NCBI GenBank assembly: GCA_002633005.1
Contig: NMRA01000342.1
Span: 272,056 to 336,055, forward strand
Origin: Phoronis australis
Taxonomy: Eukaryota > Animalia > Phoronida
Direction: 5' to 3'
DNA: 64,000 nt
Numbering within the stretch: position 1 is the stretch's first letter; each line of letters opens with the position of its first letter. Positions 1 through 13,118 of this stretch are shown one piece after another. The notes under the pieces were generated by a model, which ran no database searches, was not told the origin of the DNA, and worked only from the letters and a program-made list of their open reading frames with translations. Both the position numbers and the translations under genes were made by a program.

Positions 1-474
1 TACAGATACACGTACGTACAGATACACGTATGTACAGATACACGTACGTACACATACATATACGTACACATACACGTACATACAGATACACGTACGTACA
101 GATACACATACGTACAGATACACGTACGTACACATACATATACGTACACATACACGTACATACAGATACACGTACGTACAGATACACGTACGTACAGATA
201 CACGTACGTACACATACATATACGTACACATACACGTACATACAGATACACGTACGTACAGATACACGTACGTACAGATACACGTACGTACACATACATA
301 TACGTACACATACACGTACATACAGATACACGTACATACAGATACACGTACGTACAGATACACGTACGTGCAGATACACGTACGTACACATACATATACG
401 TACACATACACGTACATACAGATACACGTACATACAGATACACGTACGTACACATACATGTACATACATATACA
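1..474. repeat. 16-bp-unit tandem repeat (TACAGATACACGTACG variants) with 80-bp higher-order period
   Basis: Direct reading. The variant CACATACATATACG recurs at 51, 131, 211 and 291. ORF 30..623 is just the translated repeat. Confidence 0.95.
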
Positions 475-3400
475 TAATTATACTTGTTAGCAAGAAACAC
501 AGAAACGTGGGGTTCAGGGGGAGGGTTAAATTTGTCACAGGTGATTATAAGTTGAATTATCAATCTCAAAATAGGCCAAACTTTTCGCATGGTTACGTTT
601 TCAAGGAACACTTTCAGCTATAATTTTCATTTGAGTTACAACTGTATGGTCGCAATGTCCAGAAACACAATCAAACCCAAACTGAAACAAACCACGGGCC
701 ACTAGAGGTTCAACTAATTTAGGATGTTCAAGAAAATACTCTGGTTGAAACATTTTTTCAGTATCCTAATATTCATGTGTTGTAGAGAATGTTTTAACTC
801 CATAGAGCAAAAGTCACCTTTGACTGACATCTAACCCAATAACACTGGTAGTTTCTTGCCAATCTTTTGCAAATGCTTACTACTACAATCATAACTTTAG
901 TTGAAATGCACAAGATCTTTTTCAAATTAATTAAGTTTGGCATTTCAGAAAAGTGATGGTAACACTTTGACCACCCAAAAACCATGTTTAAACAAAACCA
1001 CCTCCACCATACAGGGGAGATAACATGCCCATGCCATTTTCCAGTCTGCAGAAAATGGTGATACAAAATGACAAAGAAACTGTGACGTCAACTGTGTTAA
1101 AAAAAATTCTCTGTACTCATGAAATCTATCAACAAATACCCACATTCTTGAGAATCTTGGAACATTGGTTTATGTAACAGCGACATACCTCAGTTAACCT
1201 GATCTCACATAAGTTTTTTAACTTGATCCAATTAGCATATCCCATTTCACTTAACCTCAGCCAGGCCATTTAGCAAGTATTCATCAATTACAACTGTCAT
1301 TAACTTTCAATGAACTACAGCAGCTCAGGCATAGGAGAACAAGAGATGTGTGCCTGGTCAGATGGGAAATGAGTTACCAGAAATGACAAGTCCCTCTGAT
1401 GATGGTGTAAAAAACTGGAAAGATGGGAGACATAAACTTGCATAAATTTGCACCTGGCAAAACTAAACCAAAACCTCAGAAGACTGTACTTGATTTTTTC
1501 ACATATGCATGTGCGAATTAGAAGATTGGAAAATGTTTTTCGTCTATATGCATTTTCTGAGGCCCATTGTAAAAATATGTAATTATAATAGTAGCTAATA
1601 CTACATGTTATTAAGATTACACATTTATTATCAATCAAAATAAATAACCTTATTTCAGCTATGTTTTTTGTTTTAAAGCCCTCTTCTTGTGTGGAGGTAG
1701 AAAAAACGCACAGCACGATTGACCTATTTTCAACTGTAGGACTCACTTCTGAACGGAGTGAGACAGGTGAGGAACATTTTATCGTGCCTCACTCAGTCTT
1801 TCAAATCCTTTATATCTACCGTACATTGCAACTGACTGTGCAATACCAAAACATCATTGGAATCAGAACCACAAATGGCAAACTAATCACTATGTAAAAT
1901 AGAAGCAGTGTAAAGCTATGGGGCATGGACGCTGGGGGAGAGGGTCTCCCACAGAGGGAGTAAAGAAGGGACGAGCCGTCGACACAAGTGGGTATTTTGA
2001 ACCTCTCGGGTATTGCCTCGGGTGGGTTAAGTTTTGGCTTGAGGTATGTCTTAAGTAGGTATCTGAGATAATTTCAAGTACCGTCTTGGCTAGGTAAAAT
2101 GAGAGGGCTACGTGAAAGACTTGAGTAAAACTTATGAGTTTATTTCAAAATTCATAGGAATCAAACTAGACTTATCCATTACTAAATGGCAGATTATTAT
2201 TAGCTACTAAATAAATGAAGCGTGATTGTATGTGAAGACCCCTGGGAAACACAAGCCATAAGTGAAACACTTACACTAAGAAAATTTCTTTGACGAAATG
2301 CATTATTCCCAGAAAATGGGCTTATGGTACATTTGCTTATAAGAATAACAGTATAACCTTTCCAGTGATGTTTGTGTCAGTTTGCAGCCATGTACCCTCT
2401 ATAACACCTGAGCATAAAAAATTAGCCGACAGGGCATCAGCTATGGCTGGAATGCAGACACACATGTTTATACGATAGTCTGTGTGTGTTTAGAGGCAAT
2501 TAATAGCTATCTAATATGTGACACTTACACAGACACTAGGCCTTGCCAGGGCAACAACTTCAAACAGCAAAACTGAGGTCTGTCATCTGAAGATTTCAAA
2601 TTGTGAGACTTCCATAAAATTAACATTTTGTGACGAATGAAAAAGAACGTAAGGCGCACTGTAATTAATGCGAGTGTAAAAATATGTCAGTTTTGCTAAT
2701 TCGTAAGGACACAAAAAGTCACTTGTGGACTGACTCGCGCCATCATACATTTTTTGAGGTCATTGTATAATTTCTCCAACATAGGAGAAAATAGAATCAA
2801 ATAAATGTTTTGTACTATTATATCCTGACTTACTCAGACAGTCACGTGGTAACCACTTCAACAAAAGAATTTATATCACCCTACGCAAGATGATTCATGA
2901 CAGTAGGAAATGCCCCATTAGCTACCAGTGACAGTCCAGCATTCTAGCTCTTTATAAATTCCATAAATAAACTCAAAGGCCAACTCAAAGGGAAACTAGG
3001 ATAGTGTCAAAAAGGTTAAAAAGAAAATGTTCAGTGACCATCTATTTGTTCAGTGCTGAGTGTCTTATCAAGTGGCTTTATCCTGCCAGACATGTCATCG
3101 TGTTTGTAAAAATCACTCAGGAATGGGACTTGTTCACAATGAAAACAGCATTAGGCGCTGTTCACAACTATGAGTCCACCTGTTACCCATGTCAAATGTG
3201 CTCCAGTATGACGAGTTCGAGATGGCCATCTCAATGGTCTTAGATCATGTTAGAACTGTTTTGAGGGAGTTTCCAGTAACAGGGTTCCAGTATTTCAAAG
3301 TTAATATTGACAAAAGCAGACTTTACGAACTACTCATCACTCAGACACATAAGTACATCTTCAATGTTGTGTTCATTAAAACTTGTCAATTACTGTGCAA

Positions 3401-5693
3401 ACATTCCAAGACAGACACCTTAACTTGTGTCTGATCACACTTGCGCAAAGCATCAAGTGATTAGGGATGCCATCTGTTGGCCACACTAGTAATCATTTCT
3501 GTTAGCAGATGAGAGGACAGATATTTCAAGGGACAATGTCTGAAGAAAAACTGAATTCCTTCTTTGTTAACAGTTGGACAACATATGGCCATGAAAATGC
3601 AAAAACTCATTCATTACAGTTTGACATTGTAACATTCTTGTATCTAAGCATTTCCTGTTAAGTGAAACATTTGGTATGCTGATGTTCAGAAAAAAACTGA
3701 GCAATGAAACATTGGCATGTCTAAAACCTACATCATTCCTAGGCAGTGGGCAGTCACCCAACGGGAACTTGGGGAGGTACTATACCAAGTTTCTGGCTAC
3801 TGCCCCCACCCCTCCAGGATGTCATTCAAACATTCCCGTGAAGACATTATGGACATGAAATTATGTGCCATCAATATTCTTTTTAGTCAAACGACTCCGC
3901 ACAGGGAGAAAGGGAGAAACAAAAAAACAGAATTAAATGTAAGCCATAATAACTGAATATTTTTAAGAAATTATTCGTAAACAGCGCTCCCTTTTGGTGA
4001 CTTCAGATATTGTTTGTCCACTTGATAAAAATCCAGTCACCATTAAGTTGCCAACAATGAGCAAAACTCTGAGTACAAGTTCAAAATACTACAAGAAGCA
4101 AACAGGAGGGAGTCGGCATTGTTCGGCACCAATCGGTAAGGACCAGTTCATGACGCATGCACTGAGGTGTTCTTCTGATTTTCAGCTTTTTCCTAAGGTA
4201 AGAGCCTAGCCTGGGGAGGGGAAATCAGTCATCATCCATTAGATGATATACGCCTGTGCTCTCGTTTTCTATTTAGGTGTTTTTTAGGCATTCTAATGGA
4301 CGTTTTCTGATTTTTTCAATTCACATTTCCAGTATTTTTCATCTCCAACTGTAATCTCAACTATTTGTCATGTGTGGAGGTTAGAACTTCCCCCCTCCCC
4401 CACAATTACATACAGAATTCCTTGGCAAGATAATTTCGTGCTTGGCGATTTTGCCAGGTAACATTTGGCAAGTGGTAAGTGTGGAGCACTGAGTGAATAA
4501 CATCTACCAAATGCACGCAGTACGTAACAATTCAATGGGAAATAATTCCTTCTACTCTGGTCTCGGACAAAAAAGAGAAAGTTTCTTCAATTTTCATTAG
4601 CATGACTTCTCCACAAAGTTTTTTTTCCCACCAACTCTGTGCCTGCAAACGTTCATTATTTTTTTTTAAACGCCATTATTTTTTTTAAACGCCATTATTT
4701 TTTTTTTAAATCGCCTCATACATTTACAAGGTAGCGAGCTAACATCAACCAATCAAACATGTGGCGATTTCGAGTAGAGACACTGAAGTTGCAAGTGCAT
4801 TCAAAATACCTGAACATCAGTGTAACATAGAATAGACCTCCTGTGGTTTACAATTTTAGATATAGACTACTGTTAGCTGATCCTCTTGAAACTCTTTATT
4901 AAGTCGACAAATCATATTACTACTCATTAATTTTGGAGACACCACTCAGGCTGAATAGCCAAAGCATGCTTTTTAATTGGAAGGGAAATTGTGCTTTGAA
5001 AGTAAAACTCTTTGTTGCACAGAAAAAACATCAATTTCCAACAGTCACTTTTCTAAATTAGGTGGTGTGCTTTGCCAAGATAAGACCTGGTCAGACAGAG
5101 CAATACATTGGTCTGACAACAGAAACTATTGGCTGAATAAGATCAAAGTAGTTGTTGATAGGTCTGACTGCCTTTAAAGGCACCAGAGTATTAAAAGTAA
5201 TCAAGGTTGAGTCTTGGATGTGAGCGTAAAAAAACCAGTATGAAAAACTGCACGAAATGTGCTGAGAAGTATGAAAGAGAATACAAAAATGCAATTAGAA
5301 AAAATTATTATTGTATCGGTTTAGAATCACGGAACACAATTATGCCGGCGCAAATAATTAGCAAATAAAGGTACTTTACACATTGCAGCATATTATGCAT
5401 TTTGTACCATTTGTATACCTGGATGCTACTTTTTCAAGGTGACGTCTGGAAGACCATAAATTCAAAACTGTATTTCATAAAAAATCATAATGAAGGTGAA
5501 TCATTCAAATAAAAATTCGGCAATAAATTACAACCCCTTCATACCATAGACGTTTTTAGCAGAATTAACTTGCATTTGTTTGTTTCATGAAGACTTTAAC
5601 CAGAAGTCTTTATTTCAAATTTACTTACAGAAGGTAGCAGTGATACCATAATACTTCCTTGGAGTCCACCACATAAGAACTTAACTACCATGC

Positions 5694-6352
5694 TCGCCCG
5701 GGTTGACACCCGTGCCCAGCGAACCACCCTACTAGGAAAATTCTAACTTTCGCTTTTAAACACCTATGCTTGGCTTGCCGTCCATCCACAGTTTATATTC
5801 GACAGAGAGCTCCTTAAAAGTGTTCCTGTCTTTGTGAATACTCAACTCGTCAGAATTTTAGCTCTAAAAAACTATGACTTTTACTTACCTTTGAGTAGCA
5901 GTTTGGTCAATTTCACCAGAGCCTTATTTTATTATGGAAGGAAAATACACACTCTCCTGCTCTTTACCCAAGGAGATATGATTTTTTTTTTTTTTTGATT
6001 TATGCTNTCGCCCGGGTTGACACCCGTGCCCAGCGAACCACCCTACTAGGAAAATTCTAACTTTCGCTTTTAAACACCTATGCTTGGCTTGCCGTCCATC
6101 CACAGTTTATATTCGACAGAGAGCTCCTTAAAAGTGTTCCTGTCTTTGTGAATACTCATCTCGTCAGAATTTTAGCTCTAAAAAACTATGACTCTTACTT
6201 ACCTTTGAGTAGCAGTTTGGTCAATTTCACCAGAGCCTTATTTTATTATGGAAGGAAAATACACACACTCTCCTGCTCTTTACCCAAGGAGACATGAATT
6301 TTTTTTTTTTTTTTTTTTTTTNTATGATTTTTTTTTTTTTTTGATTTATGCT
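5694..6352. other. Near-identical tandem duplication (~315 bp) across an N gap; probable assembly artefact
   Basis: 5694-6006 is repeated from 6008, with a single N at 6007 (another N at 6322). Copies differ by a few SNPs/indels. Confidence 0.75.
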
Positions 6353-6419
6353 CATTCTAATATCACTGTACTCATAGAAGCAGACAAAGCAGTGTAAAAA
6401 GAATTTTGCTACTGGGCCC

Positions 6420-7750
6420 ATTATCACTCCAATGCCTTATCTGACCGGCACACCCTGGTCAGTGAATGACCATTCGGGTAAGCAAGCATTCTAAGACTCC
6501 ACAATTTTTTGTCTTCTAAGTGTCCTGACTGTCGGGTTAGCACCCAGCTTCTGATTTTCGAGTAGTCATACTTAAGTACCCTTAAGGTGGTATGGCAGAC
6601 AAGCGCAGTTTGTTGGATGTAGGTGGCGCTGATGAAGAAAACTGCTCTCCTTAACAGGTGAACAAATGGTAAGTAGAAAGTGCTTCATAGGCATGGTAGT
6701 GGTACAGGGTGCCATGTGGTTACCTGAATGAAGGCAATCCCATGCTTTGTCCCCGTCTAGGTCACTAATCAGGACACTGCCTTTACTCCGGACTGGGTCT
6801 TTAGTCCGAAGAGCTATTTACCAAAAGTATCAGGAGGAGAACTGCATTGCGGTAGAAGTTTCATGCCTATGTGTTCCAAAGGGCTGTAAGGCTGAACAAA
6901 TTTCAGAGTGCTTATTGCAAACATAAACCGCTACATTTCTATAAATGCTTGATCAAAGCATTGCCGACATCAAGATTGGCTGAGTGTTTACAGAACTGTT
7001 ACTATCAGGTGTTAGTAAATCTCTGACATTCCACTATGTACATAGAATTCCCTGTAGGCAAATGGGCAATAGTACAAATTAAAAGATATTTTTGAGCTGC
7101 CCAGATATATTGGTCTACTTATTCTTAACTCTCTTTTTCAAGTGTATAGACGATTGGGAGTAGACTGAGAATGAGGAAAACAGAGTGACCATATTTTTTG
7201 GGAGTACTGTAAATACGTAACCTTGAGCGCATTAGCCTACAATACAACCTGTATTGCATCTTTGCTCTGAAGGGTCAATACTCTAAAAACAGGATCTTCG
7301 GAGTAACAGCCTTTCCGAGCAAAGGATCTTGGGATAAACAACTGGCAGTAGGGGGCATTGCTGAACTTAAGTGTCACCCGTTGTCGTCGATGGCATCAGG
7401 CAAACATGCAGTGCCATACACAAGAATCTTGTTCAAACAGCACAAAGGGTCAGGTCAGATGGACCATCTCCTGACAGATCTGTGAAGGTTACCTAACCAA
7501 CCATCTTTACTGAACACCATAGCATACCTAAATATGACATAATGAACAGTGATTAGCGAGAGCAGGCGATAATGCAGAAGAATGCATACGTGGACTACAG
7601 ACACAGCCCATGGTGTCTCTCATGGCGGGGGTCGGCAGGGGGTCGCCAATAAAAAATTCAGAAGCACAGTAAGAGAGTTTAAATGCATAGCTCAAGATTG
7701 TATTAGGGAGACAATACTCCAGTGTGAGCCTTTTCACATTGGTATGCATA
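6420..7750 (-). mobile_element. Highly decayed coding-like segment, possibly a DIRS-type tyrosine-recombinase remnant
   Basis: Minus-strand fragments LPNTILSYAFKLSYCASEFF, TKDPVRSKGSVLI and LPEW...RHWS loosely recall DIRS YR motifs (nT..sY, SKTDpfr.G, G.W.S). Many stops and frameshifts; recognised by eye only. Confidence 0.3.
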
Positions 7751-8324
7751 GCCAGGCCCTGTTATGTCCAAAGGCTACACTTAACTCTCAAGGCTAGGTA
7801 ATTAAGTGATTTGAACAGCAAATTTATGGTGTGTGTAAAGTTAGAGTATGACATGATGGAGATAGTAACGAGTTGTGAGATTGAGCTGATGTGTGAAGAC
7901 CTGGACATGGGAACGGCTCGGCTCGTCTACAAATAACAGGATTTAATAAATTAATAAAAATGACAATAAAACTAATAAACATTCAACGATTAAGAATCTA
8001 AATATCCACATGGCAATTGAAATACACGCATAATTTAAGATCAGCAGGGCAAATTAAATGCCTGACAACACTAATTTGGTTTCTTCCGTAAAATGGGGAC
8101 CAACATTAAGACAAAAGATCGGTTTTATGTTAAGCTTGGTTCCTTCTATTTTTAATCAAAGAGAATTTCAGACATGTTTCTGAAGCCAATCTAATGTTTC
8201 GAACAAAAATCAAGACTTGACAACCTTTTGACCATCAAAAAATGGCTTTGTATTTTTTGAAAAAGTGCTCCAGAATCTTTCTGTTTATTCTTATGTCAGA
8301 GTAGTTCGTTAGCACGTTAACACA

Positions 8325-8731
8325 AACTTTTTGAAAACAGGACTAAACTTGTTGTTTGAAAGCTTGATATAGAGTCGCTCGTAGTGTCGAAACAATCTCC
8401 TTTCTTCAGGTGTGCAGCTATGTAGCAAAACACCGACAGACATAACAAACAAACAAACAAACAAATTAAAACACTAGATATATTTTGAGACTGCACCTCT
8501 CATCATCAAGTATATGTTCATTAAGTATAAAATGTTCATTCCACTTACCGGTAGATGTTCATTCACTTCTTACCAGTCTCGAAATATAGCTAGTATTTTT
8601 AATTTGTTAGTCATGTCTATCGACGTTTTGCTACAGAGCTGCACACCTGAAGAAAGGAAATTGTTTCAACACAAGGAGCGACTCTATATCAAGCTTTCAA
8701 ACAAAAAGTTTAGTCGTTTTTCAACAAAGTT
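8325..8731. repeat. Long inverted repeat (arms ~8325-8493 and ~8574-8731), foldback/MITE-like
   Basis: tgtttgaaagcttgatatagagtcgctc...ttcttcaggtgtgcagc pairs with gctgcacacctgaagaa...gagcgactctatatcaagctttcaaaca. Spacer ~80 bp. Confidence 0.85.
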
Positions 8732-10127
8732 ATTCTTATATAAATTGTCATCATAAGTTCCAAATATGAAGATTATACATACTAAATATAGTTTTTGAAC
8801 TTAACGCTTTCCAATCTCGTTGTTTGGCAACTTCACTCCTCAGGATTTTCAAAGCATACCGGCACCTTTTCCAACTTTAACAAATGATAGATGACTCGAA
8901 AATAACTTTATCACAAAATTCTTCCACGCGATTGTTGTCTGATGCGATGTCGAAACAAAGCAAAAAATTGGTGAATTGATGCGCTTCTCACCAAAGAAAT
9001 ACGCAAAACGCTGCAGGAGTTCACTAGGAATCAGTATCGTGGAATAAACATAGTTGAAACTAATTGGTTCTGGTTTGCTAATTGCAATCAAGTTTGAATG
9101 AAAGCGTGCAGTCAGAATGTTACAGTTGGATGAAATGAAAAGTCAGATAGAGAGTTTTCAAGTAACTGGCTTTACTTGTATGGTTGAAGCGGAAAGTTAC
9201 AAGTTTTCTTAAAATTCTAACAGTACAATATTAGAGAAAACCAATATGGCTGATGGGCAGTGAGAGCTTATCTATTATTTGTTATTACAAAGAGAATCAG
9301 ATTAGCTGAGGTGTGACGAATGAGCAGTTGGCTATTACAGGACATTCTGTTCTGTGTTCTTAGAAACATAATACACATCAGTCACAGTAATGGCTCAAAG
9401 GGACAGAAGAAAATTAGCAGCAAATAAATTCAAAGGAGTATGGGGCAAAGGAAATTGACTGAAAAATACACTTTGGGCAAAAATTTCCTGTCTCTATGGT
9501 TAAGATTTATAAAATGTACGTTGAAAACACAGGTTAGTATGATTATTTGTTTGTGATGAATTTGTACAAGGATAATTTTAAAGTTCATGAATGTTGCAAA
9601 CCAGTGCTGGACAAAATATAAACAGTGAAGTAAATTTTTGTTCCATAAACAAGGATGCATGAATATGTCTTGTTCTTGTAAGATTCCTGTTCGCAATGCT
9701 TACCGGTACTTATTTTACAGATTTGATGCCTCATTATTTCCAGCGGGAATGGACCTCACCATAGCAAAACACAAGGTTAAAAACACAACAGATTGGATTT
9801 TATCATTACTGTTACCAAGCCAACAAAGAAGCATGTCAATGATTGTCATGTGCTGGTTTTACATCGCTACAACAACCTGTCTAAAAGGGACAATATGGCG
9901 AGAAAGGTGATTTTCTGAGTTCATCCTCAGCACAAACATGGAGTCCCTACAATCGCAGTCTAACACTGTGCTGGTAGAGCTAAACCCCACTCAATAAATG
10001 GTTAAGTCGCCTGGCTTGATAAATTCAGCGACATTGTCCGCCAGACAAAGGTGAGAATTGGCGACTTGTAATAAAATCACAAAAACAACAGATTTTGTTG
10101 TTTCATGGCTTTTGTCAAAGCCAATTA

Positions 10128-10355
10128 ATTACTTAAAGAAGTCTATCCTACCCAACAATAATAATAATAACTTGAAGAAGTCTATCTCAATCAACAATAA
10201 CTTCAAGAAGTCTATTCCAACCAATAAGTAACTTCAAGAAGTCTACCCCAACCAACAATAACTTCAAGAAGTCTACCCCAACCAACAATAATAACTTCAA
10301 GAAGACTACCCCAACCAATAATAATAACTTCAAGAAGTCTATCCCATCCATCAAT
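10128..10355. repeat. Minisatellite, ~30-33-bp unit (AACTTCAAGAAGTCTACCCCAACCAACAAT), ~7 copies
   Basis: Direct reading. Explains the repetitive ORF 10187..10447. Confidence 0.9.
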
Positions 10356-12182
10356 AATCTCAAAAATGCGTTTTTCGGCTGTAAAAGTGATAATGTACCT
10401 TTAATCTTCTGACACTGGAGTAAATTTGGTATGAAAACCCCCCGCAAGCAGGTGAACCAAGCTATGGTAAATCTTCATAAATTTTGTACAAAAATAACTG
10501 TCCAAACAGACGTTTTTCTGTTTTTCAAATGTTGGTGCAAATAGTGAAAATTTTGCCAAATGTTACTTTAAAGTCTGCACAGTACAAAGAATAAAAAAAT
10601 TTGATAAGTTGGCCAACAGGTGGCATGCAGACCAGACTAAAATGTTTGCGATTTATATTTCCACACCAGTTTGAGATTTACATTACTCATATAAAATTTC
10701 TTTTTGTTAAGGGACTTAACAAAGTAAAATTTCATTTTTCCCTACTAGTGTGTGTTAAATAGCTGAAGAATTGTTTGATTTCTCAGTAGAAAATTACTAG
10801 GGACGTACAACTAAAAGTTGAAAGAACTGGCAAGTTTTTTGTCAACGAAGTTGTCTTCCCCTACTGACCATCGGTCAAAAAACAGTAAAAGTGACCCTAT
10901 CCAAGGGACGCCTCAAAGTTTGGGTGAAAACTGTTCCACAGCATAGGCCACACATAAAATAACCCTGCAGTAAAGTGCCGCCAATTTCGGACAAAAATAA
11001 TTCCCAAAATCGCCATTTTTTCATTTTCAAGGTCTCCTAACATCGTTTTGAATGGACAAAGTTTTCAAAATATTCTCTGATGGTAGTTGTGTTACAGAAC
11101 TTGAACACAGTGATGCATTATTTTGGTGCAACCTATCTTTTATGCGAAGTAAAAAAATTCATGTGTCCGCCATATTGCATCTTCAATTGGTGAGATATTA
11201 CCAAAGTTAGTGAACACAATTTTGCTGCAATCAACAACAAAATCATCAAGTCAGACATTTAGTAAACCCCATACACATCAATCTATGTGATTTCAGGACA
11301 ATTTTTCATTCGTTTGAACATTGAAAAGATACCATACGTGTTTAGCTTTCGCTACATATTTGCACACACACAATGTTATTCAAATTATTATCTTATATCA
11401 CCTAATACAGATAAGACCTTAAAAGGAACGAATAATGAATGACGGGGGTCCATGTAAAAACGCGCTGATAGCTTCCGCTCAGAAATCATGTCAACACATG
11501 TCTGGCACAACCAGGTGTAAACGACTGTGTGATAACAGGTAGAACAAAGCCCAGGTGAAAATTTAATCAAGTGTAGAGACAGGAAACTAACACTAGCCGT
11601 GTGTTGAATAGAACTCAGCAACCCAAAGGGGTGAAAAAACACGTGAATTGTGGACACAACAATTATACTGTTGTCTGCCTCCACAATACAAATACACAGA
11701 GCCGCAAACAATCCCTCTGCTAGGTTTTTAAGTGCAGAAAGCTACAGTGACATCACAGAGACTAACGGGTCCACGAGTCCCGTCCACTTGTGGCACCGTA
11801 ATTATCCATCTGTTTGGGGAGAAAATGACAAAATAATGAACGTTCAGTTTGCCCAATTTCTGAAAGGTCACTAAGTGCAGAAACACACAGTTCACTGATA
11901 GCATGGTGACCAACTCTCAAAATCAACCTTTTCAAATGTAAGTTAATTCCAGGGAGGCATTCTTTCAAATGGAATCACGAAAAAGGCCAACTTTTCAAGA
12001 GGCAAATCAACTGTGCCCCTGGGTACTAAGGACACACAAGTTCTTTTAAGTACAACAATCAGGACAGCAAATAAGTGAACACTTAAGATAAGTCTGCCAG
12101 TTTGGGTGTACAGTCAGACATGAGCCAAACCACAAGACCTACCTGCCAACAATCACCTGACTCAACACACAAGAAAATTAAT

Positions 12183-12395
12183 AGTGGTTACAAGCGGACA
12201 TGAGAGTGGTTACAAGCTATGATGCAGAACTTGAATATGAGAGCGCTTAAGAGCTATGGTGCAGAACATGGACATGAGGGTGATTACAAGCTATGGTGCA
12301 GAACATGGACATGAGAGTGGTAAGTAAAAGCTATGGGGCAGAACTTGGGGAGTGGGACATGACAGTGGTTAAGCTATGGTGCAGAACTTGGACAC
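12183..12395. repeat. Minisatellite, ~37-bp unit (GACATGAGAGTGGTTACAAGCTATGGTGCAGAACTTG), ~5 copies
   Basis: Direct reading. Confidence 0.85.
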
Positions 12396-13021
12396 GTATG
12401 AATTTGGTGATGCATATCTTTTACAAAAAACATAAATAAAATTTTACTTGTTCATCATACTGCGTTGGAAACTAGTGACATGTTACTGTTTTAAGAAATA
12501 TCCTAATAAAGTAGGGACTCAACTAAGCTCCCCAAATCTTTTGTGTATCTGCTTCCTTTATTACTCACACATCTATTGTATTTTTTATCATTTTATCTTT
12601 ATTATGAGCTCCTCTTTAACTACTGATATTTTCTAATAATATAATTAAAAACTGACCCCTTAATTCAGTCAAAATAATTAGGGGGTGTTGCATGAAAAGA
12701 TCCCTACTTACTTTCTATCATACTGAGAATTCAACGTAGAGTTACATCTTCATTTGTATCAAAAATTGACTTAGTAATGAGGCTCAAACAGCATAAGAAA
12801 AGACAATCAGCGTTTTCACAAGCCCCACAAATACGCGGTTCATTTAGGGAACTTAGTCCCTATTTTAGTGTTTCATGCAACCGGGCACTGCATAAGTGTG
12901 AATCAGTGCCGTGAATGCCCACAATTAAAAACAACATTTTGACCGAATAACACAACACAAGAATACTTCTACCTAACAAACTTAAAGCAGAGTAAAAAGT
13001 ACACAAAACAAACTGGTGGGT

Positions 13022-13118
13022 CGTACCATATTGGTGAGGGTACCATATTGGTGAGGGTACCATATTGGTGAGGGTACCATATTGGTGAGGGTACCATATC
13101 GGTGCCATATTGGTGAGG
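13022..13118. repeat. 18-bp tandem repeat (GTACCATATTGGTGAGG-G), ~5 copies
   Basis: Direct reading. Explains the repetitive ORFs at 12860-13196. Confidence 0.9.

Noticed and set aside
30-623. 197-aa ORF
   Set aside because: Translation of a stop-free tandem repeat.
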